Below, piece after piece: positions 42,250-53,853 of a stretch of DNA of 64,000 bases. Under the pieces are notes generated by a model. It saw nothing but the letters and a program-made list of their open reading frames with translations. It made no database searches and was not told the origin of the DNA. A program made the position numbers and the translations under genes. Numbering within the stretch: the first letter of the stretch is position 1; each line of letters begins with the position of its first letter. Origin of the DNA: Owenia fusiformis (taxonomy: Eukaryota); NCBI GenBank assembly GCA_903813345.2, contig CAIIXF020000001.1, positions 25,482,001 to 25,546,000 on the forward strand, written 5' to 3'.

Positions 42250-43109
42250 CTGAAATTATAAGAGAAGTGGTTTGACAATATTAATATCAAAGTGTGAGTC
42301 CTTTTGAATGTTTTTAGTCACTGGTCAACAGACAGATTGTGTTCCCTTTTTATACAATATATTGTACCTTGTGTAGAGAATATAATATACTAGTTTATTG
42401 AATTTGAGCTATGTGATGGATAGAACATTTTATTTTGAATTGGTAAAAATTACCTACTTGTTACATTATGTTATGATATTGTTATATTTTACCTGATATA
42501 AATACACAATATAAACCTGATTAAAAAAAGTTGGGAAGTTAATCATTTGTCTTGGCAAATGCATTTTTATTAGGTACTCGACCGGTCACAAAACCCAAAT
42601 TCAAATGGAATACTAATGTATCTTTACTCCTTTTGTTAGATTACGGGTTACTTAGATGAGAACGGGATAAAAACAGGATAATCGTCTATGTATTATGGTG
42701 TGAATGCCGTAATCCAATACTTTACACATATGGCCTTCGTGACCAACTATAAAACGCTTATCGCCCCCCCCCCCCCATTGTGTTATACAATTGTACACTA
42801 GAATGTACCTATCCAAATTATGGAGGTTCGATCAATCTACATGGAAACATAGAGAGTCGGGTTACTTTTCGAGATATTAGCGTCCATTTATTGCAAATCG
42901 CATTTGCTTCCATTTGCTCTAAAGCTCTGAGATGCCCACTATTTTTGACGTACACATGTACATCACTATTTTCAAAATAAAAAATGAGATTTGAAATCCT
43001 CCTTTTTATTTTAAAATCAAATAATCGCATACCAGGTACCCCTGCGTTATTTGGAAAAATGATATGTTTTTAAATGTACTAAATGGGGGACATCCCTTTT
43101 GGCGGATGA

Positions 43110-43225
43110 GTTGACCAACGGAATTTTGAGATAAATTAGGTTGAAGACAACAACCTTCTCAATCCTGGGTTGGCCAACGAAATTTTGAGATAAATTAGCC
43201 TGAAGACAACAACCCCTTCAATCAC
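43110..43225. repeat. Two-copy 59-bp tandem repeat
   Basis: gttgaccaacggaattttgagataaattaggttgaagacaacaacc at 43110 and gttggccaacgaaattttgagataaattagcctgaagacaacaacc at 43169. Confidence 0.85.
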
Positions 43226-44653
43226 CCTAATTTTGAAAACAAATGAAAGTAAGCTAGTCAGCTACAAATAGTCTCCTATAAACACTCATATTGGAACTGT
43301 TTTCTCATAGATCAGTACTTATCCTTTAAAATTGATTCCAATTCCATTTACCGAAGACAAAATGGCCCTGTGCTGGGTTACTGGAAGAATGAAACATGTT
43401 TTATTTGCGCAAAAAACGAAGAGGGAAAGTGCTTTATTTGCGCAAAAACGGTGTATCACCGTTATAGTCTTGGTAGACTTAGTACTACCAAACTTAGTAT
43501 CCCTTCTCCGAGCAATGTTCATAACCGGTGTGACAGGAGCAGCAGTCCGCTTAGGGAATACGTCCATAGGACCATGATTCTTAGGAACGAGGAAGTCAAT
43601 ATTGAGCAAGTTATGGCTGTTTGAAATTCAAATAAAACCGTTAACCCGTACCGGTCCAGCTTTTGACCCGTACCGGTCAATTTTCGTTAGCTGCGTATAC
43701 CAAGGGTGATAAAGGGCCGTATTTTTTACAAAATATTTTCAATAATTGGTTTAAGAGAAAACATTGTTGAACTCAGTTCACCATATCTATACCAATCATT
43801 TGACAGATTGATATGTGAACATATAGCATAGGACGGTAGGACCCCCACCAAATTTTGTTTACAGTGAACCCCCTGGTAAATCAACGGAAGATGCTGGTCC
43901 GGCCAGGGCCAGTTACCCCTTAAAGTGGGCTCTTTCAGTCAATTTTGTAGTATGTTACTTTGTTTTACGAGCAATTTGGAGAAACAGTTGAAAAGGGAGA
44001 GGGCGTGGAAGTAGGGCCCCTGCATAAACTTCTACCAGTTCAACATCCTTTTCAATGATTTCTGGGCAGTTTCAACTCTTTGAATCAATTGCGTCAATCA
44101 AAAATGAATTCTGACTTTCAAGATTTTCTTTTTTGTTTGTATTTCTGGGCACTTTTAAATCTTAAACAATAAATGAAACTAAGACAAAACAGAAACTTTT
44201 TTATTTGTGTTTTTGGCGAGGGGTGCCTAATATAATCCATGGAGAAAATTTTACATTTTAAGCTAATTGGTGATTTCTAGGCAGTTTCAAAGTGTATGTG
44301 TCAATTTATAAAGAAGGTTGAAAATGTGTTTTTAATTTTTTTCCAAATTTCCAAAAATGGGAAAAATTGTGTTTTTTGGAGGGGGATGTCAGACGGGGAG
44401 CAAGGGGTGTTCAATTGTTTTTTTTGGGTGAGAAAGATTGCTCCATGCCTCAAGAAAATTTTACAATTTTAAAATGCTTGGTGATTTCCAGGCAAAATCA
44501 AAGTGTATGAGTTAATTAAAAAATCGAAAAGAACTTTTGGGGGGATGCCAGACTGGAAAATAAGGTGAGGGAAAAAATTTTCACAACTTTTTTTTTGAGG
44601 GGGGGGGGGTGCCAGACAGGCCGGTGTGACAGTTTCACATGTCTATGCTAAAT

Positions 44654-44760
44654 TATGTCTGATGGACTTATTTTTCTAGGAGTGCAGGTCCGTCGGACAC
44701 TAAGTCCTAGGAATAAGTCCAGAGACTTGCATACCTAGGAAAATAAGTCGGTCTGACATA
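44654..44760. repeat. ~107-bp imperfect inverted repeat (hairpin, MITE-like)
   Basis: Left arm tatgtctgatggacttatttttctaggagtgcaggtc; reverse complement of right arm tatgtcagaccgacttattttcctaggtatgcaagtc. Confidence 0.7.
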
Positions 44761-45400
44761 TTCCCCTTATAGACGAGTAGCAGCCGGCAATATTTGAAGA
44801 GATTAAACCTCCGAAAGGTTACTGGCTAATCTTGGTACCGTTGAAAAGCTTGACTTCTGCACTAACATGCTTGATGACTAAAAACATGCAGAACAGGTGG
44901 AAAAGTTCTTTAAAATGCTGGTTTCCATGGTAACTGCAAAATTGTCACTATTAACGCCCATGAATATACTTTTGAACATATCTAGATAACGCTTTGACCG
45001 TATATTTTGATAAAAGTATCACTGTAAAGATAATATGACACAGTTTTTGAAAAAAATTATTTTTAGATTATTGGACTCATTGTGATGTCATAGAACTAGA
45101 AACGGCTGATTTTTCGGTGATTTTGACAGAATTTAGACATGTATCATATGCTTCTGTAAGCTACAATACTTAAAGTAAACTATTTTTTTGTTAACACAAC
45201 ACATAGTATTAGTATATCAAACAAACAATATCACTATAATTGTGATGTCATAATACAAAGAGATAGAGGCCTTATTCAAATAATCTAATATTGAGATTTT
45301 TGACAAATCAAGATATATTTGAGGCATTTATACATTTTATACATTTTCAATGATAATTTAAAAATAATTCATTAGTACTTGTACGTAATGAACTTATATA

Positions 45401-45771
45401 ACACCCCAGTCACATTTCCTACGGTGACCTTGCGGTCTATCATTTCTGTGGCCAGTAACATTTCTACGCTCGCCGTGGAATTTCTGCGCTCTCATACTTT
45501 TGCAGTCACATTTCCCACGGCAGCCGCACGGTGAATTTTAAATTTCTGTTGATAAATAATACTTTTTTCATTTTATTTACATCGGGACAATTTATAAATG
45601 TTGTTCATAGTGCTAGGATGTTTCAAATGAAAAGTGATCGTGAAACATTAACAAATAATGATTCAATCTTGTTGAGCCAGTTGATTTCTACGGGGACCTC
45701 AGAAATGAACAAATATTATAACTCCGAGTTATAATTTCTACGGCGACCCTGCGGCAATGTGACTGGGGTGT
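45401..45771. mobile_element. MITE (371 bp) with perfect terminal inverted repeats; superfamily uncertain (TA or TWA target, PIF/Harbinger-like)
   Basis: ta|acaccccagtcacatt ... aatgtgactggggtgt|ta, plus several internal tttc(c/t)acgg subterminal motifs; no transposase ORF. Confidence 0.8.
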
Positions 45772-46150
45772 TAATATTCGATTTGTGCTTTAGAAAAAAT
45801 TAAAAAATAAAATAAATTAAAAAAGTTCAATGGGACAACGTACATTCGAGTTGACAACGTACACTTATGACTTTTTGGATTTAAGCCAAAACGTCGGTAA
45901 TACTTATTAAATCTTCAATGGTGTCGTTTAAAGAAAGATATTCTCATAAAAATATTCGACACTCTTGGATGACAGGGGAGGAAATGATCAAAGTAAATGT
46001 GTAATAAAACAACATTTTCCGACCAACCAATTTTATGGGTAGATTGACCATGAAAACAAATCGACCACAGATCGAAAATCTTTTAACATTATTAGAAAGT
46101 TAGAAGTCTTCCTACACGAATACACACGAAATCAAACATGAAATCCTTAA

Positions 46151-46987
46151 AGGCCCCATGTAAAGTTTAAACCACTTTGGCTTATATTGTAGTCTTACCC
46201 AATGTTATCAAAGTGTGATATGTGAAACTTTTTTTTTTAATTTCAAAAAGTGGTTTTTGATAGACTTTTTGTTCCAAAATTTGTGAATTTATTAAAAACC
46301 AACTTTTAGAGGTCACTCATATCTTCTAATTAGCCACAATTCATACCAATGCATAATGTACATCCTCCCTCCCATGTTTTTTGCCGAAAAAATTAAGAAA
46401 ATCGGTTGACAAACAAGCGAGAAATGAACTTATCAGTGCATGAAAATGGTTCTGAGAAAAATGCATTTCAAAATTTTAGTTCTCATAGAAACCAATGGTA
46501 CAATGATATCTAAAACATAATTTATTCTCCCTTTTAACCTGGTTAGACAATCAACATTGTTTTTTATGAAAGTCTAGCATATTTAGAAAAGATTGACATC
46601 GAAAAAAAAATTCAATTTTTTTTCAAAAAGTTTTTGTTACCTTAGTGACATGACTAATGTTTCAAAATATTTTTGATAAGCTAAAACATTGAAGTGGCCC
46701 ATTAAATATGACACTTTATTATTGAAATAGTGTGTCTTTTGTTCAATCTTTGCATTGGTGTTACAAATATAATCTTTTTTGAAATGCATTAAGAAATATT
46801 TGATGATTAAGAAATTTCAACTTTTTTTTGAAAAATGGCGGGAAATTTGAATATTTGAGAAATAAAATGCTCACAACTTTTTTTTCCAAAAAAAATTTTT
46901 GTTCAAAAATCTCAAAAATCACTTTTTAAGTCCTGACAAATAGTAAATGAATGATAAAAAAATATTTTCAAACTTTAGACGGGGACT
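46151..46987. mobile_element. Non-autonomous Kolobok-like DNA transposon (837 bp)
   Basis: TTAA on both sides (46147-46150 and 46988-46991). TIR aggccccatgtaaagttt vs reverse-complement agtccccgtctaaagttt (3 mismatches). Purine-purine termini with TTAA target are characteristic of Kolobok. Confidence 0.75.
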
Positions 46988-48455
46988 TTAATATATTCCT
47001 CAGATATTTTTTTAAAACCTACATCATTAATTTTGTCTTTACTTTAAATCGGTGACGCCGTACATCTAAAGTTAATAGTGACACCGTAAAAAGTGTACGA
47101 CGGTACATTTTGTCACGGTACGTTGTCGATGGTTAGACGTGAATATATTGATAATTAGAATTACGACTGATCTCTTGTATATATCTATATCTCTTACGAC
47201 TTATCTCTTGTATGTTTTGCAAACATGTTGGTGATACCCTACAGTTACTCAGTAAAACATTTCACAGAAACTGCTTTTTTATTGCTGAGAATATTTTTGT
47301 GAAAAAACGGTTGACTTTTTTTGAAACACTTGTAATAATTAAGACAATACATACATAAATTAAATCGATCGGTCTCCACACGATTTAGGAACTATTTTTT
47401 AGTAGGGGTCCACGAAACATACAATATGAGATCGTTCATTCATTCCTTCCTACGTTTTTTGGGTGTAGTCATTTTTATCACGCAGATGAATAAATACAAC
47501 TTGAAGCAATTAATAAAACATTCACACATTACATATTGAGTAAACAAAGTAAAACACAATAGCGTGGGTCATGACTTACACAAATTACAAAGTCTATACT
47601 TTAAAATCCTTACAATGCATGACAAGTTTTGAAAGCGAACTGCAAATATTGATTTTGGCAAGTTTTATCGGTACATGAGAAAACGAGCTTTTCTGCATTT
47701 TATAGAATAAAACCATTTCTTTTCTAGTCGCCCAATTTTGTAAATATGAATTTTTACGATGGTTTAATAACTTTAACAAATCAAACATCGATTTGAAATG
47801 GAATACACGTGGAAATGTGAACTCTTATAAAATCTTACGGATTTAGAGTTTCTGTGGAATTTCTACATTTTCTTGAAATTGTTTTCTTATTCTCCAATAG
47901 AAACAATTAATGTCGTGGTCACGTTTGATCTTGTCTGAAATCAGTTTGTTGTACTCGGACTCACAAAATAACTTTCAACGCATGATTTATCAACCGATCA
48001 TAACGTTTTCTCTCGTACCCTCACCTATTGGCGCGGGGATTTTATAATACGTACGTACTCACACTGGAACACCCTGACAAAAAGGGTATGGTCAGATACC
48101 GTTGTCCCAATGACGGCCACATGTCCGTTTAGTGCGTTTACGATTCGATTTTCATGAACTTTCTGTTAAATAGAGCACCTAGATTAAATTGCTTTGGTAC
48201 AACAATCACTCAAAGTGTCTTTATACTCATCATATAGCTAATAATGTTCCACCATCAAAATAAAGCCTTTAATTTAACGGATCGAAATAATATATTGGCC
48301 AACGGAGACAGTGGTAAATGTGGGTCAAATGAGTGGTAAAATCAGGATGACAACGGCATCAAGAAGGACAACGGTAATGTAACGCTAGAAGCATCGGATC
48401 TCGATGGTATGACTTTGAAACAATTAAATACATTTATGAATTCCCAAAATAATAG

Positions 48456-48573
48456 TTATTCCATTGAACAAAGTTCGGGGGATATAAAGTACGGCTCCGT
48501 CGGTACGTCCGTTCTTATGACGTTATGACGTTCCACCAACGCTATGTCGCAAGCCTGAGGAACCTGCTTTTTT
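48456..48573 (-). mobile_element. Short Helentron-associated (HINE/DINE-1-like) element remnant
   Basis: Minus strand reads gaacggacgtaccgacggagccgtactttatatcccccgaactttgttcaatggaataac: degenerate ACGG microsatellite, then a gaac-ttt-gttc stem-loop, similar to the end of the 48820-49036 element. Confidence 0.5.
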
Positions 48574-48819
48574 ATAGAATGTGGATTTTTAACTTACTAA
48601 TCAAAACTTATGGGTATTAATATCGGTATACCTATCATTGATATTACCACATATGTCTTTAATATTAATATGGGTTAAAACCTATCATCAAATACTGGAT
48701 ATGACAAATAAATAAAGTCAAATTATAATCTACCTACATTTTTCATGTGTTATTTTACGTTTTTTACCATAACTCCAAACGTAGTGGAACAATGTAGTTG
48801 AAACTTTATTGATTTTCGA

Positions 48820-49036
48820 ACAGAGCAAAAGTGTCACTTGGCTACAGCATTTTTTACGAAAGATGGCGGCCATTTTGAATTGGGCGGTCATAAGGCATAA
48901 GCCTATAAAATTTGAATCAAATCCGTCAATGGGTATTTGAGTTATTGCCCGGACAGACGGACAAACGGACGGACGGACAGACGGACGGACAAACAGCTTT
49001 CCTATATCCCTCTCGAACTTCGTTCGGTGGGATAAT
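48820..49036 (+). mobile_element. Helentron-associated non-autonomous element (HINE; DINE-1/Pearl-CvA-like architecture)
   Basis: (CGGA/CAGA)n microsatellite at ~48950-48992 followed by a terminal stem-loop atccc..cgaac-ttc-gttcg..gggat and an ATAA-rich end. The 5' boundary is approximate. Confidence 0.7.
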
Positions 49037-51844
49037 AATAGCCTTATTACTTTCACTGAAGGCATCAATTCTTCCGAACTGAAATTTTGGAAAGAACGGA
49101 TTTTGGATATAAAGAACATTGAAACAAATCAATAGACCTGGCATACAGACGAGCTTTTTCAGACTAAAGCTGATTGACAGAATCACAGCTGGCACAAACA
49201 CTATCAAGGTCTCATTGTGCAGCTTTGATATTGGATTTTAGACATGCATTTTGGAATTGTAATTACTCACATAATTTAGTTTAAATAATTTTCCGATATT
49301 ATAGCAATAAAAATATATAAAAATTATTATAAGAATAAATTCCTGTTGAAATACAATGTTAACGTTTTATTACTTTAGGCTAGAACATTTGAAATCGCCG
49401 ATATAATGAAGACATTTATAAAGATTTTGATCATCGTTTAACATGGCAATGTATCTTTGCTTACTAGCTTCGAACTCAAACTTTGCTTTTCGTTGCAATT
49501 TAGGATCAGCCCTATAACGGATATTGATCTCAGTAGAATGAGATATTTTCATATAGTTACAGGTATGAATCTCTGACAGTATCCATATCACATGTATCAC
49601 GCGCTCTGACTTTTAAGGCATACTTAAAAACAATATATAGAAACGTAGCATAATTTCGTGGAGTGCATAGGAAAAACATTAAGAATTCGACATCTTTATT
49701 CAATAATCACAGGTTAGAAAACACTACGAAACGTTCATCGACTAACAACAAAAAATACACCTACCTGTTTTTCGAACAAAAATACTCTAGGTGTATCTAC
49801 CCCCGATTATCGTTGAATAAAACCGCAATTCCCTGATTCCAAATAAAATATAGCGAATTTATATAATTGTCCCAAAAGCATTTTTCCCTAGATTGAACAT
49901 GTTGCCTCGTAAATGGACCTTCTCGGGGAACAATAGTGTTTGATTTCAATCATTTAATGTTTAACATATATTTTTATTACCCTGATTTTTTAAATGATGA
50001 TGCTGTCCCACGAAATGATAGCTCCTGGCAGGTTTAGAGAACGATACAAAAACATTCAAAGGGGGAGAATAGAAGGCTTTGAATAAATAAAACGATGGCC
50101 ATGAATTAACTTTTTATAACACAAATTATTTTGACATCGCTACAGTTGGTTGATTGATGATCATTTCAGTAACAAATTTAGCAGTCAATGCAATATGGCC
50201 TGAAATGCCTTCAAACAAAGTCATTAAGACTTATTTTTATATATGTCTACATGTAGTTCGCCGCGTGGTCAAACAAACCAGGCGCCTGTATTTTATGGGT
50301 GTCATATCTTTTCCCATCTGGTAATCCCCTGGATCTTCCTATGATTTTCTTTTCTTGAAAAGAGAGGTTCATCTCATACAACTTCGAGGCACTGGAACTC
50401 TGGGTACTAGGTTTTAGATGATTATGTCATCATTTATTGCGCAGCTCTATACATCCATAAGTATAATATTCTTACGTATAGACGGCGATTTATAAGAATA
50501 TCACACATGGACATAAAGCACACTGGTCTTTGACGCCCTCAAAATAGCACGTAATGCCCAATAAATGATGGCGTAATCAAACGCTTCATAAGTTATACGT
50601 TATACGGTAATGATCATGCTATAAGTGAGTTGCGAAATCTCTCTAATCATACAAAAATGGGCTATAGTCCAATGAGTTGAATCCTAAATAAGTTAGTAAG
50701 TTTGTTTGTTGTTTTTTCGGCTAGTAAGTAAGTTTTAATTATGTTCCATAATATTGCAGTTTATACAATTTAAATATTAAACCATGAATAATTTGTGACG
50801 TGAGTTAAAATACTTTATGGGAACCTTTATATTTCACAATGACAAAGTACATTTATAGAGAACAAATTAAAGTAGTAGCGTTCAAGATAATGCAAAAACA
50901 TTATTTTATTTCTTTAGAACTGCTTTAAATGTGTTTAGACCGACACTGTTCTCGATATAGGAAGTTTAATGTTTATTATGTTTAGTATAGAGAGGTTAAC
51001 TACTAAGTTCCCTTCTATGGGCGAATATAATGCATTTTATTTGCATTTATTTGACTAATTTAAAATTTGAATTAATTTATAGTTAAAATTATCACTCAGT
51101 TAGATCATTTTACTAATACTATTATAATTAATGAATTATAATTCATGCCCGTAGCCAGCTTTTGTTAAGGGGGAAGAGCTCAAACACCCCCATCCCCACC
51201 CCCATCCATACATAAAACTCCCCTCGTAATGTAAAGAGTATGCTTAACCAAACACTGGGGGTGATCCTGAAAACCCAGAGGTAAGGGGGCCCAAAAAATT
51301 CCGTAACAGTAATGCCATTTTGCTATCTAACTTGCCCGTTCTATATGGATAGGAGCAGATTTGGGCCCAAAAGTTAAAAAGGAAATCCTTCAAGAAGGCA
51401 AAAGAGGTAGGTCCACATTTTTAGGGACATCAGTGTGAGGGGCCCCGTTTTGACTACACACTCATAAATATCTTCGTAATGGCTCTCAACTTCCTTTAAT
51501 CTCTTGTTTAACCTCTGTGATGCTTTTAGAGTTGTATGTGTACACATTGTCTCTGAAATAGCCCCAAATACAAAATTCCGGGGGTTCATATTAGTTGATG
51601 TTGGTATGATTTGGCAATTATATGTTTATGTTTATGTTTATGTATCTTTATTTCCTTCGTATTAAGAAGAGCATATAACACAGTAATACAGTAATACTTG
51701 ATGACATAGTTATCTGATTGATTTACTTGGGTTACCCCTTTTGGCTCACCCTGTACATGTACGGTGTAGAATATGCTCAATGTTGACACCGTTAATTGTT
51801 TCTGCGAAGGCAGAGCTTGATAGAGAGAGAGACACACAGGTATA

Positions 51845-52459
51845 CATGGTGGACCAGAAAAACCTAATGCCCAAGTTAAAGATGAATATCATATGTTATA
51901 TGTTAAATCATGCCATGTATTATAATATATCATTTTAAAGAAAAATTATTTCCTAACAACATGACACCATTTGATTAAAGACCCGTTGTTTTCTTGTCGA
52001 GTAACAGGCTAAAATTGACCTCAGGGGTGTCATGAGCGACCAAAAAATTATTCACTTCAGATTTCAAAATTGCGGAAATACAGGGAAATTTGAACTTTGG
52101 CACTTTGAAAAGAGGCGCATTTATACAGGTTAAGTGCAAAATTCACCACCAATACATACATTTTGAATCTTTCAGTTGTGTCAATTGTGTATTACTCTTT
52201 AATACATTTGTAATGACTCAGTCAAGCATAACGAGTACAGCTGTGACTGCAATATGAAGTGAAATTGAGGAATTTTCATTTTTGATTTTTTGTCACTCAT
52301 GACACCAATCAAGGAAACAAAAATTTCTCTGTCAAATGCTGTCATATTTTAAGGAAATGATTTATTTTTAAAATGATACATAATGAATTGCATTGTTTAA
52401 GATAAATTATATGAATTATTTATCTTTAAACTTGGGTATTGGTTTTTTGGCCCACCTTG
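51845..52459. mobile_element. Non-autonomous Tc1/mariner-like element (615 bp)
   Basis: TA on both sides. ~40-bp imperfect TIR: catggtggaccagaaaaacctaatgcccaagttaaagat vs reverse-complement caaggtgggccaaaaaaccaatacccaagtttaaagat. Confidence 0.75.
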
Positions 52460-52715
52460 TATATAATATTTACCCTGAGTCTAGTTCTAAACTACGAAGA
52501 CTAAAACGAAGGTCCCTTTTAAGAAGCGGAGTCGAACGAATGCAAAAGGAAATAATATTGGAAGGCATAATAAAGAAGATTTCTTTGACACTGTATATGT
52601 CAATAGTTATCATGAAGACCAATAGCAATGTTCAAAATTGATTTTGCGTTTTGCGATTGCACGAATAAAGCTACTTGCCCGCATGGAAAATTCAGGCTTA
52701 AAATGAGATGTTTAA

Positions 52716-53111
52716 CCCTAATGTGTACATGGGGGTCAGATGACCCCCCTCCGGTTTTGATCCTATTTCTGGATCTAGGAAAGGTATTTACCCAAGGTTT
52801 TTAGTCCTAAAAAGGTAGATACTATATACATCTATCACATGCTGTACCCTTTTCTGGCGCGGCTAAAAAGCATTGTTGTTTTTGACTGAAAAAAGTTAAA
52901 AAAAAATACGCGAAAAAGCTCACCCCTGCGTTACTTTGACCTAGTTTTGACCCCATTTGACCTACTTTTTGAGATTTAGATACACCCCCTCGAGATTTTT
53001 GACTACTACTACAATTATGGTACCTTACCTTTGACTGTACCTCTTCAACTTTTGAAACGCCCCCCCCCCCCCCCGTCCATTAGTGTTATGAGAAATACGT
53101 TGTACACAGGG
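52716..53111. mobile_element. Possible piggyBac-like non-autonomous element (~400 bp)
   Basis: Left end ttaa|ccctaatgtgtaca; right end tgtacacaggg|taaa (reverse complement ccctgtgtaca). The TIR has a 3-nt gap and the right TTAA is imperfect. Confidence 0.45.
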
Positions 53112-53342
53112 TAAAATAGGCAATTGTGCAATCAAATTGTCCATTCTGTAATCTTCATTGGACAAACAAAATATGTGGATCTACCAACCTTAATAAGGTA
53201 TCACAAAAGTTAATAAGCTATCTCATTCTGGTCAGATTAATTTCCAGATATTTCAAGACTAATTTTGGTTTGATTGAAATACTTCAATCTACATGCCTCT
53301 ATATTCTGTCAGGGAAACGTTTCTAAAGTTACGGGGACTTAC

Positions 53343-53727
53343 CATTTGAACGTAAAACGCCATCTGTTGCTGATGAATAAATTCCAATTGACTTCTTTCC
53401 TAATTTCGGTTTCCTCAACCCAATTGGAGCTGACTTGACTAGATTTATATTTTTGGAGTAGCGGCCTTTCGGTAGAAGCTGATATTCCGAATTATGCCAT
53501 CGTTTATATATCTTGGTTTTCTCATGTTGAAAATGTGACGACTTGTTCAATGAATTATGATTTGTATAATCCAGTATTATGTCGGTCCATGGTTTTTGAT
53601 TAAAGTTAACATATCTTTGATTGTCAGTTTGTGTAAATTGTGATCGTTGCACTCTGCTTTGGCTTAAAAAACCAATCAGCCAAAATATTATAGATAATTT
53701 AGAAAACATTGACAAATTCAAATACAT
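53343..53727 (-). CDS. Gene A exon 1: signal peptide plus basic, cysteine-free pro-region
   Basis: ATG at 53727 (alternative ATG at 53709). MYLNLSMFSKLSIIFWLIGFLSQS has the n/h/c layout of a signal peptide. The exon is 128 codons + 1 nt and ends at a consensus G|GTAAGT donor whose phase matches the acceptor at 42250. Confidence 0.7.
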
Positions 53728-53800
53728 TTTAAGCACATCTATTAATTCTTAGGATTCTACCGCATTCTGTTAAATATTGTTTAAAAATACCGATACATAT

Positions 53801-53853
53801 TTTTTATAGATGTTTATTAGAAAACTATTAATGTATAAATAGGCGTCACTTCC
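53801..53853 (-). promoter_or_regulatory. Candidate core promoter of gene A: TATA box with an upstream overlapping ETS/half-CRE motif
   Basis: Minus-strand TATAAAAA at 53808-53801, ~75 nt upstream of the ATG, and GGAAGTGACG at 53853-53844. The AT-rich context makes a chance TATA match plausible. Confidence 0.35.

Larger units (their letters stand above)
42250..53342 (-). other. Predicted intron 1 of gene A (~11.1 kb), rich in non-autonomous transposons
   Basis: Consensus donor G|GTAAGT at 53342 and acceptor TTTCAG at 42250 have matching phase 1. Additional small exons inside cannot be excluded. Confidence 0.6.

Noticed and set aside
42493-42516. Possible 24-nt phase-1 microexon (cag|gtttatattgtgtatttatatcag|gtaaaa) on the minus strand
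   Set aside because: Splice-like motifs are common in AT-rich introns and there is no independent support without RNA data.
43319-43923. Overlapping short ORFs and an orphan TTAA-GGGGTAACTGG (Kolobok-like) terminus at ~43905-43923
   Set aside because: No recognisable protein motif and no partner TIR found; probably a truncated repeat fragment.
47594-47934. Candidate internal exon after a TTTCAG acceptor (DKIKRDHDINCFYWRIRK...) and ORF 47594..47788
   Set aside because: All three frames hit a stop before a convincing donor.
48730-49600. ORFs 48730..49119, 48926..49207 and 49370..49600
   Set aside because: The first two run through the (CGGA)n microsatellite (VRPSVRPS pattern); none has a recognisable domain or compatible splice sites.
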